DNA of 64,000 nt from Lama glama (Eukaryota): positions 10,046,001 to 10,110,000 of the forward strand of contig CM052816.1 in the NCBI GenBank assembly GCA_028534125.1. The letters are read 5' to 3'. Positions 38,190 through 51,084 of the stretch are shown here, piece by piece. The notes below the pieces were generated by a model. That model searched no databases and was not told where the DNA came from. It saw nothing but the letters and a program-made list of their open reading frames with translations. Each line of letters begins with the position of its first letter. Position 1 is the stretch's first letter. A program made the translations under genes and the position numbers.

Positions 38190-38440
38190 TATTCTCTTCC
38201 CATGGCTACGGACCCATGCCCCATTTTTTAAAGACCTGGAGTCCAGAGTGGGAGAGACCAAGAGCATCTCAGAGGGCAGCGGCACAAATTCACTCCCCTC
38301 CAGCCCCTGCAGCTCTTTTCACCCATCTCCCCTCCCCCTTAGTCTGGTCGCTTACCATTGGTCGTTGCCGTGACAACCAGCAGCTGCCAGGGCAGGCAGC
38401 CTCTACCGCAGCAGGGGTGGGGCTTTGGGGGAGGGGGCAG
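38190..38440 (+). promoter_or_regulatory. JAKMIP2: Promoter of the downstream gene (probably JAKMIP2): inverted CCAAT, RFX X-box, E-box, G-rich tract
   Basis: ATTGG 38357-38361; GTTGCCGTGACAAC 38364-38377 (X-box consensus GTTGCCATGGCAAC); CAGCTG 38381-38386; second X-box-like CTTCCCATGGCTAC 38196-38209; local rise in GC and CpG. Confidence 0.7.
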
Positions 38441-38747
38441 GAGAGGAGGAGCCAGAGGAGGTGTCTGCTGCAAGTTCCTGGCTGCTTCTGAGCTCACCCC
38501 ATCCTCCGAGAGGGAGGAGGCCAAGTGGTGATGGTGCTGCTTCTGCTGCCTCGGCTGCTGATACTCTAGTGGGTCTGGAAGGGTGGTTCCTCTTCGCACC
38601 ATCGCCAACCAGAGAGGGAGGGGAAAAAAAATCCCGGCAGCCGCTGCTGATGTTGGGTTCGGAGGCTGCATCCGACTCGGTCGCAAGGAAAATGGATTCA
38701 GTTCGCATCTCTCCCTCCTTTCAACAGCTTCTCCGGGTCTCAGCATG
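38400..38747 (+). other. JAKMIP2: Non-coding first exon (5' UTR), probably of JAKMIP2; intron 1 starts at 38748 and would extend past the window end
   Basis: GC/CpG-rich segment ending in a consensus donor ATG|GTAAGT. In mammals JAKMIP2 lies downstream of SPINK1 on the same strand and has a non-coding first exon and a very long intron 1. The TSS is approximate, and no JAKMIP2 coding exon is in the window, so the name rests on synteny and recall. Confidence 0.75.
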
Positions 38748-40391
38748 GTAAGTAGCAGAGAGCGGGTTTATCCTCTCGGTTTAGCTGACTGTTAAATGAC
38801 CTGTGTGTGCATTTGTGGCCTGCACGTGAACAATGACTCCCTCAGAGGAGAGGAAGATGTGGAGACAGTGATGGGGATGAGAGAGAGGAAGGTTGCCAGC
38901 AGGAGAGAAGTAAGAAGGCATCTGCTTGTGTTGTTTTTAAAAAAATGGTGTTCTGGCTTTATCTCGAACTGGCTCAGAATGCAGACGGAGCCCTTGGGTT
39001 CCTTTCCTTCCAAGCTTAGCAACAGAATCGGAGGATGGAAAAAGAGCTCACAAGAAATGGGTGTTATTGAAAGGGATCATTTCATTTGTAGCTCTCACAT
39101 ACAGGGTTGGGCCTTCCTCAGAAACACATTTGGTGCCCCCCTAAGCTTCTCGGCCTAATTATAAGGTGATTTTGCTTATTTCCTTCATTGCTGAGAAGCG
39201 GTGGCCCCAGAATTTAGCATTCCGTTTCATATTCTAACACACTCTTGTTGAGAAACCATTTGCCAGGTTGTGGTACACAGATTCAATGGTGAATATACAA
39301 ATGAATACCCTGTGGATGTGCATATCATACATACCCTCATGTCACTTAGCACTGATAGTGCATTTATGAAACGTATTTATATGCAGAGTGTGCTTTGCAA
39401 TCATTTTAATGGGTTATAAATGTCCTTGCATGCTTAGAGGTAATTGCATATTTTTGAAACTATTCTTCTGGTTTATATTATTATTCATTGGCTTCATCTG
39501 GATTAATGCGAGATTTATTCTTGTTATTGTCCCTTAGTTTCATTGTGACCAATTAGAACAATCTGTACCATAGCTCTAGATGTGAATTCATAGCCTGCCT
39601 CTTTTCTTTATTTTTAATTGGATTTGTGGGGGGTTGATTTGAGAGCCCTGAATTTACAATGATAGGAAAGGGAGGTGCCTTGTGGTATCATTTTGTGTCC
39701 AGCATCTTGCCAAATAAATACTGAAACAAATCAGTTTTCTTGAAATTCTACCCCAGGCCTTTCTTGTTTGTGCCTTGTGTCCCAGGAAGCACAGAAGAGC
39801 TGGAAGGTGAAATGCATTCCTTTTATTTCATAGTGCTGCTGTTTGCTGTTCATTCCTTCAGTATCCAGGCACCATTTTACAGTTCCCGCAAATGTTGTAT
39901 CATGGGTCTACCTCTTTAACCTAGGTGGTTAAGTAGGAAAGTGGGATTGTTTTGAAAATCTACATGTTCCCAAGTACCCTAGCCATCTCCAAATCAGCCT
40001 GCTTATACAATGAAGTGAAATGAAACAAGAGAGTGAGCAAAGCTCAGCGGGTGAATGTGTGGCTGGTAGGCGAAATGGGGGGGCTATTGTAGTTTGCAAA
40101 TGCTTAGTGGGATCTGCTTGACCTTTTACTGTGTCACACACGGCTTTAAGGCAGCTCAGTGTACAAAAGATGACTGAGGTGAGTAGGGTACGGGGCTCCA
40201 TTACCTCCCAGGATAAGGGATTTCATTGAATTAAAGCCAGAAACATCCTTGCAGGTAAAACTGTTGGTAATACTACATTCATTGTGTGGACTGTTTGTAT
40301 CCATCTCTCTCTTTAACAGTATCACTGTCAGTGCAAACACTTTTTACAATGTAAAATAACAGCATTTTTGTTTTCATCTTGCATTTTATCT

Positions 40392-40493
40392 TATCCCTGC
40401 TCCTGGAATATAGTAAATGTAACTGTATCTCTGCTGCTGGAATATAGTAAATAGAACCATATCTTTGCTGCTGGGATATAGAAAATGTGAAAA
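40392..40493. repeat. Diverged 34-bp tandem repeat x3
   Basis: TATCYYTGCTSCTGGRATATAGWAAAT... starting at 40392, 40426 and 40460. Confidence 0.85.
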
Positions 40494-42476
40494 TAATGCA
40501 TTTGATTTTACACACTGCCCCTCTTCATTTATTTGAATCAGGTTTACAGTTTAATTTCTCTGAGAATAAATGTCCTGTTTGGTTTCTATAGGGGAAGGCT
40601 CTTCAGTGGGCTTAATGGGAGGAATGGAATTAATATGCTCATGGCATGTCATATATTACATAGATTCACAACTCTGTCAAGTCCTGCTACCGTGGACCTT
40701 ATTGTAACAACTCCATAAAGTAGCGTAGGGGAAGAGGTACTGGGCTTGTATGTCATATCCAAAATTTTGTAACATGCTGTGTACTGAATCTTTAATGATA
40801 ACTTTTGACTTGGACAAATTAAAATTTCAGATATATCTATAGTAAGCTCTAAGAAATTAAGAGATGTCATAGTTGGCCCTGTTTCATGCAATGAACACAG
40901 GTATCTTGGGCTTTGTTTTATTTCCTTTGTGTTGAGTTTTCATTAGGATGTGGTTTTATAGGTGAGGTTGGTACAGTTTGAGCAGAGGCAAATCACTAAG
41001 TCATGGGCATAGAGATGACTATGAGTAGCATGTTTCAGCTGTGTGGTCAGACCCTGATGGGAATACGGGTCTGGTTTTTGATTCTACAACTTGAGACAAT
41101 TATATGACCTTTGCTGATGGCCCACAGAAAATGAACTATGTTTAAAGGACCACAAGTTGAACTCTCTAAGAAGAGATAGATAAACCAGGATCATTTCACT
41201 TGAAGAAGAAAAAACTGAGAAATGACAATCATTTGCTTCAAAGAGCTGAGGATTTTACATAGGGCATTGCTTCTTGCTATTTTGGGGACCTAGAATAGGG
41301 TCAGTGGGCTTCAACTTCATTAGAAAGAATGAAGATTAGAAATACAAAATGAAGAACTTTCTGGGAGCAAATTTGAATTGTCAACTGTGTAACCAGATAA
41401 GGCAGTGCATCTTTTTTTCATCAAAACCTGTAAAAGTATGCCGTAAACATGCATTTATTTGGGATGGACTGGATTCTTTCTTAAGAACTTCTGTGGCTTT
41501 TTCTAGAGTAGACTGTCCATGTAAGAGTGTGCTTTAGTTGTTTAACATTCGGTGCTTCTAGACCTGGGACAGTAAGACTCCATTTTATAATGAGCTTCTA
41601 AATTACAGAATCTGGGTATTTTTAAAGAAATCAATTGACCATCTGCTTAGAGGAATATATATGTTGTCAGGATGCAGGGAATTGAACATTTTCCTCTTCG
41701 TAAGAATCCTTTCTCAGCAACTTTAAGGAATTTGATACCTAATAACCATATTAAAATTATTGCCTTTTGTGTGGCTAATTTTGAAAACTGAAATGAGGCT
41801 TAGTGGGGTCTAGATACAAAATAATACAAGAGCCATCACTTTGATGTCAGAAAAAAGCAAAATATGTGCGCGATACATACGTATTATTTAAATGTGCTGT
41901 TTAACAACAAACACATTTACTTATCTTTTTCTCAAATGCTATCTTGAAAATGTCATTCTTGTTGTCATATTAAATATTTTGACTGGTATTTAAACTTTAG
42001 GAAAACTTGTTTTAGTTGGAATGAACCACACTTCGTGGTAGGATGTTCCTTATTTCTTCAAGTGACCTCATAACATATTTCAATTTTATATACATGCTTC
42101 TCAAGTCCATCAGGGTGGTTGGAAAATATCTAGAGTGTCAAAACTGTTTACATTTCTCATAGATTCATAAAAACATTGTTGCTTTGTTTTCCATGGTTGG
42201 AACCTAAAAGAAAACCAGATTTATCTTGGAAGTTTCAACTTAAATTACTCAATTGGTTTTTACTAAAATAAACTAGATTTATACTTGGTGTCACTCTGAG
42301 AGGTCAGTTACAGTTCCCTGTATTTGCACATCCCAACTGTTATTCTACCAAGTGAAAATGAGTTTCAAACATGGTGAATTAATAATTGAAAAACACCTAT
42401 TTGTAGACCTCTTATATGACCAGCACAGTGTGCGTATGCTAGCAACGTAGAATTTCCTTGGTGGGGAGGATACAGG

Positions 42477-42976
42477 NNNNNNNNNNNNNNNNNNNNNNNN
42501 NNNNNNNNNNNNNNNNNNNNNNNNNNNNNNNNNNNNNNNNNNNNNNNNNNNNNNNNNNNNNNNNNNNNNNNNNNNNNNNNNNNNNNNNNNNNNNNNNNNN
42601 NNNNNNNNNNNNNNNNNNNNNNNNNNNNNNNNNNNNNNNNNNNNNNNNNNNNNNNNNNNNNNNNNNNNNNNNNNNNNNNNNNNNNNNNNNNNNNNNNNNN
42701 NNNNNNNNNNNNNNNNNNNNNNNNNNNNNNNNNNNNNNNNNNNNNNNNNNNNNNNNNNNNNNNNNNNNNNNNNNNNNNNNNNNNNNNNNNNNNNNNNNNN
42801 NNNNNNNNNNNNNNNNNNNNNNNNNNNNNNNNNNNNNNNNNNNNNNNNNNNNNNNNNNNNNNNNNNNNNNNNNNNNNNNNNNNNNNNNNNNNNNNNNNNN
42901 NNNNNNNNNNNNNNNNNNNNNNNNNNNNNNNNNNNNNNNNNNNNNNNNNNNNNNNNNNNNNNNNNNNNNNNNNNNN
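42477..42976. other. Assembly gap (exactly 500 N)
   Basis: Run of 500 N; the round number suggests a scaffolding placeholder of unknown true size. Confidence 0.99.
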
Positions 42977-44740
42977 TTTGAAATATCGAGAATCAAATAC
43001 TTTTCTCCAAAATATTCTAACTGTTTGGTGTCTCCCTTTCTTTACTGACACTGTAGGCATGTACCTTGTCTGACTGGTAATTCAGTGCTGGCCAAAGAGC
43101 AAATCATGCCATCTGAACTATTATTCCACATTTGTGAAATGTCCTTTATAAATAATTAGCCTGCAGTGCAAGTGAGATCCATCAAACATTTTTTACTTTA
43201 AATCAATATTCACCAGTACAATTAAATTTTCTTTTAATGGCTTTTTTTTTTACATTGAAAAAAAATATATCCTCATTGTGAGGGGAGAAAAAAGTGCAGA
43301 AATGTATAAAAAGCAAATCACCCAGAAACCTACCATCAAGAAGTCGTTACTGTTAGCACTTTGGAATATTTCTGTCTAGATTTTTTTCCCTATATGCCAG
43401 TATAAACAACTCAGATGTACAGTTTCATAAATGGGCCCATACTCTAAGCATTGTTTTATAGTTCTTTTACTTTATGTAAGGTGGCCATCTTCCCATGTTA
43501 ATGCAATATGCCTCTGCTAAATTTTTAATCTCAGGGTGCATTTTTCTTGATGATTCAAGATATTTTTTCCTCACTTTGGGGTCTTTACACTTTGCTTTAA
43601 AATACTTCTCATGATACAGGTAGATCTTGCTTGATTTACAGCAGCTGTGAGTCAAGCATTATTTCCAGGAAATATGAGATCTGTAATTCTGAGCTGCCTC
43701 TCCGTCTCACAATGGGCATTAAATTAACCTTGGTCATCCCTTGTCTGCTGATAATGAATGAGTTTTAAGCCCAAGTCAGTGTTTGAGTCACTAGGACTTT
43801 CACCAGGTGCACGTAAAGTGGAAATTTAAAAAATGAAACCAAACCAAATCTCTTCCAGATTCATGTTATTTTTCCTCAGTACAGTAGTGGCATCCTGTAG
43901 TCTTAACCTCTGTGACAACTTGAATCCTTCATGAAAACATTTAAACAACATACATTAACTGTCATATCACTCCTCAGACTAAACTGAGATACATTTTTGG
44001 CATCGGTGTATTTCTTAACCCTGTAGATAGTTTTTAAATGAAAGACCAGTCATCTGACTCTTCCCCTTTTAAAATGTGAATGGCTGGATTCTTCTTACAC
44101 TTTAAGTTTGAGCTTTGAATATAACTCCTTGGAGAGGTTTCCTTAAGTACATCTCCACTATTACTCTCTGGACCCTCTGTGTTTCCTTCGTAGCATTTGT
44201 TGAAGTTGTGATTATAAAGCTGTTTATTTGCTTACTTGATTTCCCCTACCCTTCGCCAGATGGTAAGCTCTCTGAGGGCAGAAAATGAAACTGTTAATTA
44301 ATACTGGTTGCCTTGGTGCAACATAGGTGCTCAATAAAGTCTGGTTGAACGAGCGAATAAATGGATGGCCCCCTGAAGGACCTCTGGCCTCCGACTGTAG
44401 AAGGGCTTTCCACTAGGCGTTCTTTACACTGTGACTCTCATCCTTTTATTTTGCCTGTAAAAACAAAATGGATTGTATTCATATAGGTGATATTCTCGGG
44501 ATTTTAAGATTTTGACAAAGGAAAAGCGAATTCTTAAAGGTAACAAATCACAGCATTTAACAATCCATCGTTAAAAATTGTTCACTATGTGCTATGACAT
44601 AAATAAGAAGCTATGAACATTTCTGTGGCTCCACTGATTCCCTTTCAAAACTGAATTGCAAGTCAGAAATAATGACACTATTCAGGGAGTACCTTTGTTT
44701 TCACTGTAATTTATTAAACTAAGTTAGTAATTTAATTATC

Positions 44741-45194
44741 TTTTTTTAATTGAAGTAGTCAGTTACAGTGCATCAATCTCTGGTGTACAGCATAATGCCC
44801 CAGTCATGCATATATATACATGTATTTGTTTTCATATTCTTTTTCATTAAAAGTTATTACAAGGCACCGAATATAATTCCCTGTGCTACAGTGAAGAAAT
44901 TTGGTTTTTTTAATCTATTTTTATATATAGTGGTAACATTTGCAAATCTCAAACTCCCAAATTTATCCCTTCCCACCCGCTTTCCCCCAGTAACCATAAG
45001 ATTGTTTATTATGTCTGCGAGTCTGTTTCTGTTTTACAGATGTGTTCATTAGTGTCCTCCTTTTTCCTTTTTTTTAGATCCCACATATGAATGATATATG
45101 GTATTTTTCTTTCTCTTTCTGGCTTACTTCACTTAGAATGATGATCTCTAGGTCCATCCATGTTGCTGCAGATGGCATTATTTTATTCTTTTTA
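44741..45194 (-). mobile_element. 5'-truncated L1 3' end
   Basis: Poly-T then aattgaagtagtcagttac...tctggtgtacagcataatg...ggcttacttcacttagaatg...catccatgttgctgcagatggc; same family as 31658-32279. Confidence 0.9.
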
Positions 45195-48100
45195 GCATCA
45201 AATTATATGATACACACTCAAAGCTATTTTGCTTTCTAGAAATACACTCTGCTAAATTCTGTCATAGACAAATCATTCCTTCATACCTATATCCCAAAAT
45301 TAGGCTGAAACAGAAACAGAGGCGATAATGATACTCAAAAGATAAATTAAGGCAAAAATCTTGCTTTCATGAAAGCTTTGAAATCAAAATGTGAAGAGTG
45401 ACCTGGAGCAGAGGGGTCTGCTTGGCAAACACAGAGAAGTGTCTTCAAGTTGCTGGTAGCAGCCATCTCTAGAGGTGCCTGACCTGCTGATGCACTGAAA
45501 CTTCAGTATGGGGAAAAAGTCTTCGTTCCCTTTCTTTATTTGGCATCTAAATCAAGATCATTTACCACAGGGCTTGAAATTCTGGAGTCAACTGAAGTTA
45601 AAATATAGATAGAAAACCAAATCTGACTAAGCTTAGTTAACACTGTTTCATCAGAAAAAAATTCATTGGTATTATTTTCAGGAAGGAAATTTTGCTGAAA
45701 TCATTATGACTCTAAAAAAGCCTTGTGAGCATGTGCTGAAGAAAAGAGCGTGATATCTTCATCATGCCTTCTGGTCCAAACTGGAAATGTTCCCCTGGAA
45801 AGTGTGACCCAGTATAACCACAATGAAAATGTAAACCAAGCGTTTTCTCACTCACGTTCCTCCTTCTGGTGCAACATTTCGTGGAGAGAGGTGCCTTCCA
45901 AAAGTAAGCTGAGCTCTTACTCCGTACTCCTAACTGATCCATATTTAAGGGCCTTAAACTATTCGTAGATCAGATGTACCTAATTTGAACATATTTTCCA
46001 AAACAAAAATTGTTTTTTAAATGCAAGAATACTGATGAAAACAGCTAGACAGAACATTTTAAGTGAGTACCATTCTGTAAAGTCTAGGATATCGTGTCAT
46101 TCTACCAGTAAGCCATTAAAGCCATTGAAAGGATTGCAAGACACTAATTTTTTTATAACAATAGCCAATCTAGAGAGTTGAAATTAAAAATTAACACTTT
46201 GAAGTCGTATGATAAGCCACAGACAATTATTCTGCTAATTGACAGTGGTAAGAGAGAGAGAGGGACTTAGGTGTTTTGAAGATATTATAGATCCCAAACT
46301 TGCTTTCTTATGAATTTCTTAGATAACTCCGTTTATGAAAATGGGAACTCTGGCATTACTGAAGTTTCTCCATTGTCTGCTCTGCTCTGGTTACCTGGAC
46401 CCAGAGGAGGGAAGTACTCCTGCTCCACTGGCTTAGTCTTTGTCTCCTGCATCTCCTAAGGAGGAATTTAAGTGGTTGTTAATTAGTTAATTAAGCAGAA
46501 TTTGTATTTCAGAGAATATATGATTGTTTGCTGTATTAAGGAAAATATTTGAATTATGACTTTTATTTTTAAAGCCTTTTGTTTACTAAAAGCGTCTACA
46601 CAATTTAGAATTTACAAGATTTTGAGCCAGATGCCTAAAACATTAGCAACCATTCAAAATAAACCCTCTCTTTTAGAAAGTATATTAACAAGGAACCCCT
46701 TACCCCTAGTTAATTTACACAGAAGGAGCATTTTAGCCATCCTGTTCTCTCCTCAGCTAGACTGTCCACATTTGAGGCTCCACAGGATGCAGTGCCACAC
46801 TCTGAAACAAGAGAAAGGAAACTGTCCGCCTGCAACAAGGGAAGTTGATTCTTCTACGACTGTGCGACCTTCCGGGTTTTATCCTCCGTAGATTGAAAAG
46901 AGCCCAGTCTGCAAACACATGCTTAAACATGCCCGATTCACACAAATGCTCGTTTCTGAACAGGTTTAGCTACACGTCTTGTCCAGTCTCTTTTAACTGT
47001 GGTGTGTGATTTTGTATTTTTCTCTTCACTCTATGGGTTTTGAAATCAAGTCTAAATGGCTTAGCCAAGACCCCTGGAAAGTGGTAAAGAGACAAGGTTA
47101 ATTTTTCTAGCCATTCACTGGCCATTTGCTTACTGAACTTTCACTAACATTTCTGTAGTTTGAAACCATCAGGTATCTTAATTTATTTTATATAATCCTT
47201 TGCTTTGAAACGTCAAGCTTTGTATATTTAACTGTAATCTAAGCAGAATTGATCCATTCCTAGTTCACATGGTGCTATCGCTAACCACTTTCTTGATGTC
47301 CTCAAATGGTGTTTGCCGAACGAAAGGCTCTTTATGACAGACAGTAGCTGATGAAATAGTAGAAAAGCATTTTGTTCAGGAGACAGGCTTTTGCAAAGAA
47401 GCACTCTCCCTTGGGTCAGTCTGAAAATTTTTTCAGACTTGATGCTGACTTATCTCTATTCTTTAGAAACATTGGGGACATGTAGAGTTTCGAATTTTGT
47501 TTATACTTCAAGTAAATCAATTTATTCCAACAACAAATGAGGTAGCCCTGACCCTCATAATAAAAAGGATATCTGACATGCTCTGAATGTAACTAGGATA
47601 AAAAGAAGAAAACAGAGCAACTTAACTTTCCTCTTTTTCCAGAAAAAGAGCTAAATTCTTGGAGTACCTATTATGTACTTATTATGCTGTTTTCGTCCAT
47701 GTCCATTTTTGCAGCCCGCACAACAGAGGCATTGTGCCTCCCACTTTGCAAGAGGGAAGTGAAGCTTGGGTGGGTTGAATTTCTTAGCCAAAGCCATTCA
47801 GTTAGTGAGCTGGGAGCTAAGACTGAAGTAAGATCCATCTGATTTTACAGCACAGTGGTTAAAAACTGGAGCCTTGCTGGGTGGACCCAGCTCAAGGGAG
47901 CATTTATAAACATATATAAAGTGTTTATAAGCAACAGTATATGCTCCCAGCACAATATTTTTAAAAACACACTTTTGTTCAAAATTTTATAATTTTGACA
48001 GTTTCAAAAAATATCTGAATACTTGCCTCCTCTTAGAAAATAAGAAAATCTGGCCTCACAAGGCCCACATCTCATGGCGGCACATCTGGGGTTGAGTGAT

Positions 48101-48605
48101 GGACGTTCCTCCTGGTGGTCCTGTGCTCATCAGCATGTGCTCCCTCGACACCCCATGCCCCCAACCCCCAGTTAATTCACATTAACTCTCTGGTCTTTGA
48201 AACAGTAGGGTTTTGACCCCTGTTTAGCCCATTTTCATTGCACCACACCATATACAATTTCCCAGTTAAGCATGATTTTTGTTCTTTAAAGAAACATTCA
48301 GGTTTCGTTAATATGGAAGCTGAAATGAATTTAACAGCAGATGAGCATTTGATTAAAATGAGGTATCTGTATGAAATTTAATGCTGTTGATCTGGTTTGG
48401 GGGCAATCCCAATGACATTTCAACTGGATAATTTGCAGCTTTTCAAGTTTCTCTTCTTATGCCCCATCAATTTTTTTTATCTCTTTCATAATCAGTAAGC
48501 AAAGGCATTTTTCACAGTAAGTAATGTGTTTAGTACTTTATTTTACAAGTTATGAAAGACTTTTGATACTTTAAGTTTTCACAAGCGTATAGGTAGAGAA
48601 GATAC

Positions 48606-48653
48606 TATATATTATGTTGTATTATATTATATTACATTACATTATGTTATGTT
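48606..48653. repeat. Degenerate pentanucleotide repeat (TTATA/TTACA/TTATG)
   Basis: tatatattatgttgtattatattatattacattacattatgttatgtt. Confidence 0.8.
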
Positions 48654-51060
48654 CTGTCACTTATAATCACCCTCCGGGTAAAGTTCAGAGTACCTACCTG
48701 TGTCCTGCATTACATAACCACTAAGTGAAATGTCTGGGATTCAAATCCGGATTTCTTTACTTCGAAATTTTTTTGTTCTACGAGATGTGGCCCCACACAA
48801 CCAAATGATCCATCAGTGATGTGAATCAGGGCCAGAGAATTAGGACATGATCTGACCTGCACGCTAAGTCCTAATTCAGGCACTAAGGTAACTTAGGCCA
48901 CTTGGTTGTCCTCACCAAGTCTTTCCTTTCATGTACAATCGATGAGCGTATAGTTGTGTATGGAAACTAAATAGACCAAGAGCTTTTGATGGGGATTTTG
49001 GGGGGTGGGGAAGAACAAACATAGTTCCCATATGTGTATTATCATCATCACCAATACCACAGAAGCCTAACTGAAGGTCCTCAAAATAGAAGGCATTCAT
49101 AGACTCCCATCATTATCCCTGGTCCCCGTCCGAAAGGAACTTCCCGTTTTTACAAGGAAAAGGGGCCAAATTTAAATAGAATATTAATATATGTAACATG
49201 TAGATGGAATAGGTAAATAGCACCAGAGTTTTCCACAGAAGTCTTTGTTTTTGTGAAGTGACCACGATGGCTTCTAGCTGACTGGCCTCAACGATTAACG
49301 CACGTGTTGACGAGGATGGTCTTGAATCAGTATTCAATCCTGTTTTACTTCTCCGAAGATAGATCTTTCATTTGATGAGCCAAATATAACTTTTGTTTAC
49401 AATAATAAATAGGGATTATGAGGCACGTTAATCTACTTTTTGGACTAAGTTAAAAGTCTCTGAGAAATTTGTTTCAAAACACATTTGACATTAATGTCGG
49501 TTGTTGTTGCGACGTTGGTTTGTGTTTGTTTTGCCACCCCTCCTTGAAGCTAGCGTTGCCCTGAAGTCATTGCACACATGCACTGACATGCTTTGAAGAA
49601 GGTAATGGTATCCCTATTTTATGCATAACTCAACTAAGATTTATTGAGGTAAAGCAGTTTACTGTTTAGTCAAGATTATCTAACTGATAACTGATGGTAC
49701 CAGATTCTGAACTCAAGTCTGCCTGACTCCAAGATGGTCTTAACTAATACACTAAGCCATTCCCCCCTTGTAGTGAAAACTTGATTGTGCTCCTGAAAAT
49801 TAAAAGGAGAGACAAATGTATTTTTAATGTTATTATTATTGTTAAATATTAATCAAGACCCAAAAGATAGCAACACTCTATTAAAGTGACGTTCAAGAAC
49901 AAAGCCCACACAACCAGTTTCCTCAGTCCTCAGTTTCCTCAGGACAGCAAGGAGCTGAAGGAATCCCAGTCTTCACATAAACCATTTGGAGATTTTTGTG
50001 TTTAAATAACCAATAGGAGGTCATTGGTGAGCTGTGTGCATTTGTACAATATAATCCAGGATTCCCTTTTTAAAATGAAAGATATTAAATATATTGTAAT
50101 AAAAGAAAATTACCTAGTTTTCCTTCCTACTTTTTTTTCAAGCAATAAAAAAGCAAGAAAACATTTTACACTGTATTTTCCACAATGCTGTAAACTATGG
50201 AAATTTTCTTTTTGTCTGAAGATTCAGAGAGCAGTTTTACAGAAACTTCATCTCTGGAGAAAATTCTCAATTGCACAATAGACTCAGCAGCATGAATTCC
50301 AGAACTCAATGCTATGGACAGTATAGTATCTGTGTTCTTATCGCTTCTGTGGTTCTAAATTCATGCAATGTAAGACTTTTTTGTTTCCTTTTTTTTTTTT
50401 TTTTTTTTTTTGCTTGTAGTGAATAGCAGGAGTTTTGACAAGTCAGGTTTGAGTGAGAAAAGGCTGAATCCTTGATTTGTCTGTCCATACATATAGATGA
50501 GGTATATATGATAAGTCAGTTGTGGCCTGTGCCAAACATAGAATATAAGAAAGCTCCAGTATTTTGTAGAAAAGGTTCAGTAACACAGAAAAATATGCAA
50601 GATATGTCTTTTCAGATAGAAAAAAAAAGTCAAAAATCAAAAAATTGGCTTTAATTCCAATTTTGTGAGAAAGGAAAAATTACACACACACATATTTTAA
50701 AGGACCCAAATACTGTAAATCAAAATATTAGCAGGAATTAATTCTGGGTGGTAACTTCATGAGAAATTTCTTCATTGACTTTTTTATGATTTCCAAATTT
50801 ACTAAAATAAAATTTACTTATTAATTAGCAAAATGTGGTGAATATTTTTAAATGAAAGATTTGGTCATCAAAATTTCTAAATTATTCAGAAATCAGGTAG
50901 TTGACTATCCAGAGTGACTCTGCAGGGCTTCTGGAAGGTAGAAGTTTTGCCCTTTGTGGATCAGAGGTTCCAAACTGTTTTCCATAGACAACCACAGTGT
51001 CCCTTGGTTGTGAGCTGGAGAGAGAAGGAAAAGACTGGGAGGTTAGGATCCAGGCTCTCT

Positions 51061-51084
51061 ACACACACACACACACACACACAC
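51061..51084. repeat. (AC)12 microsatellite
   Basis: Direct reading. Confidence 0.95.

Noticed and set aside
7757..38190. Additional SPINK/Kazal paralogue or pseudo-exon in the intergenic region
   Set aside because: I found no second PVCG-x-DG-x-TY-x-N-x-C-like coding segment by eye or in the ORF track. A tBLASTn with Kazal domains would be needed to exclude very degraded copies.
38174..39158. Cluster of overlapping 70-135 aa ORFs on both strands
   Set aside because: Expected in GC-rich promoter and 5' UTR DNA; low-complexity translations with no resemblance to the coiled-coil JAKMIP2 protein.
42365..43060. ORFs of 185-231 aa spanning the gap
   Set aside because: Artefacts of translating 500 N.
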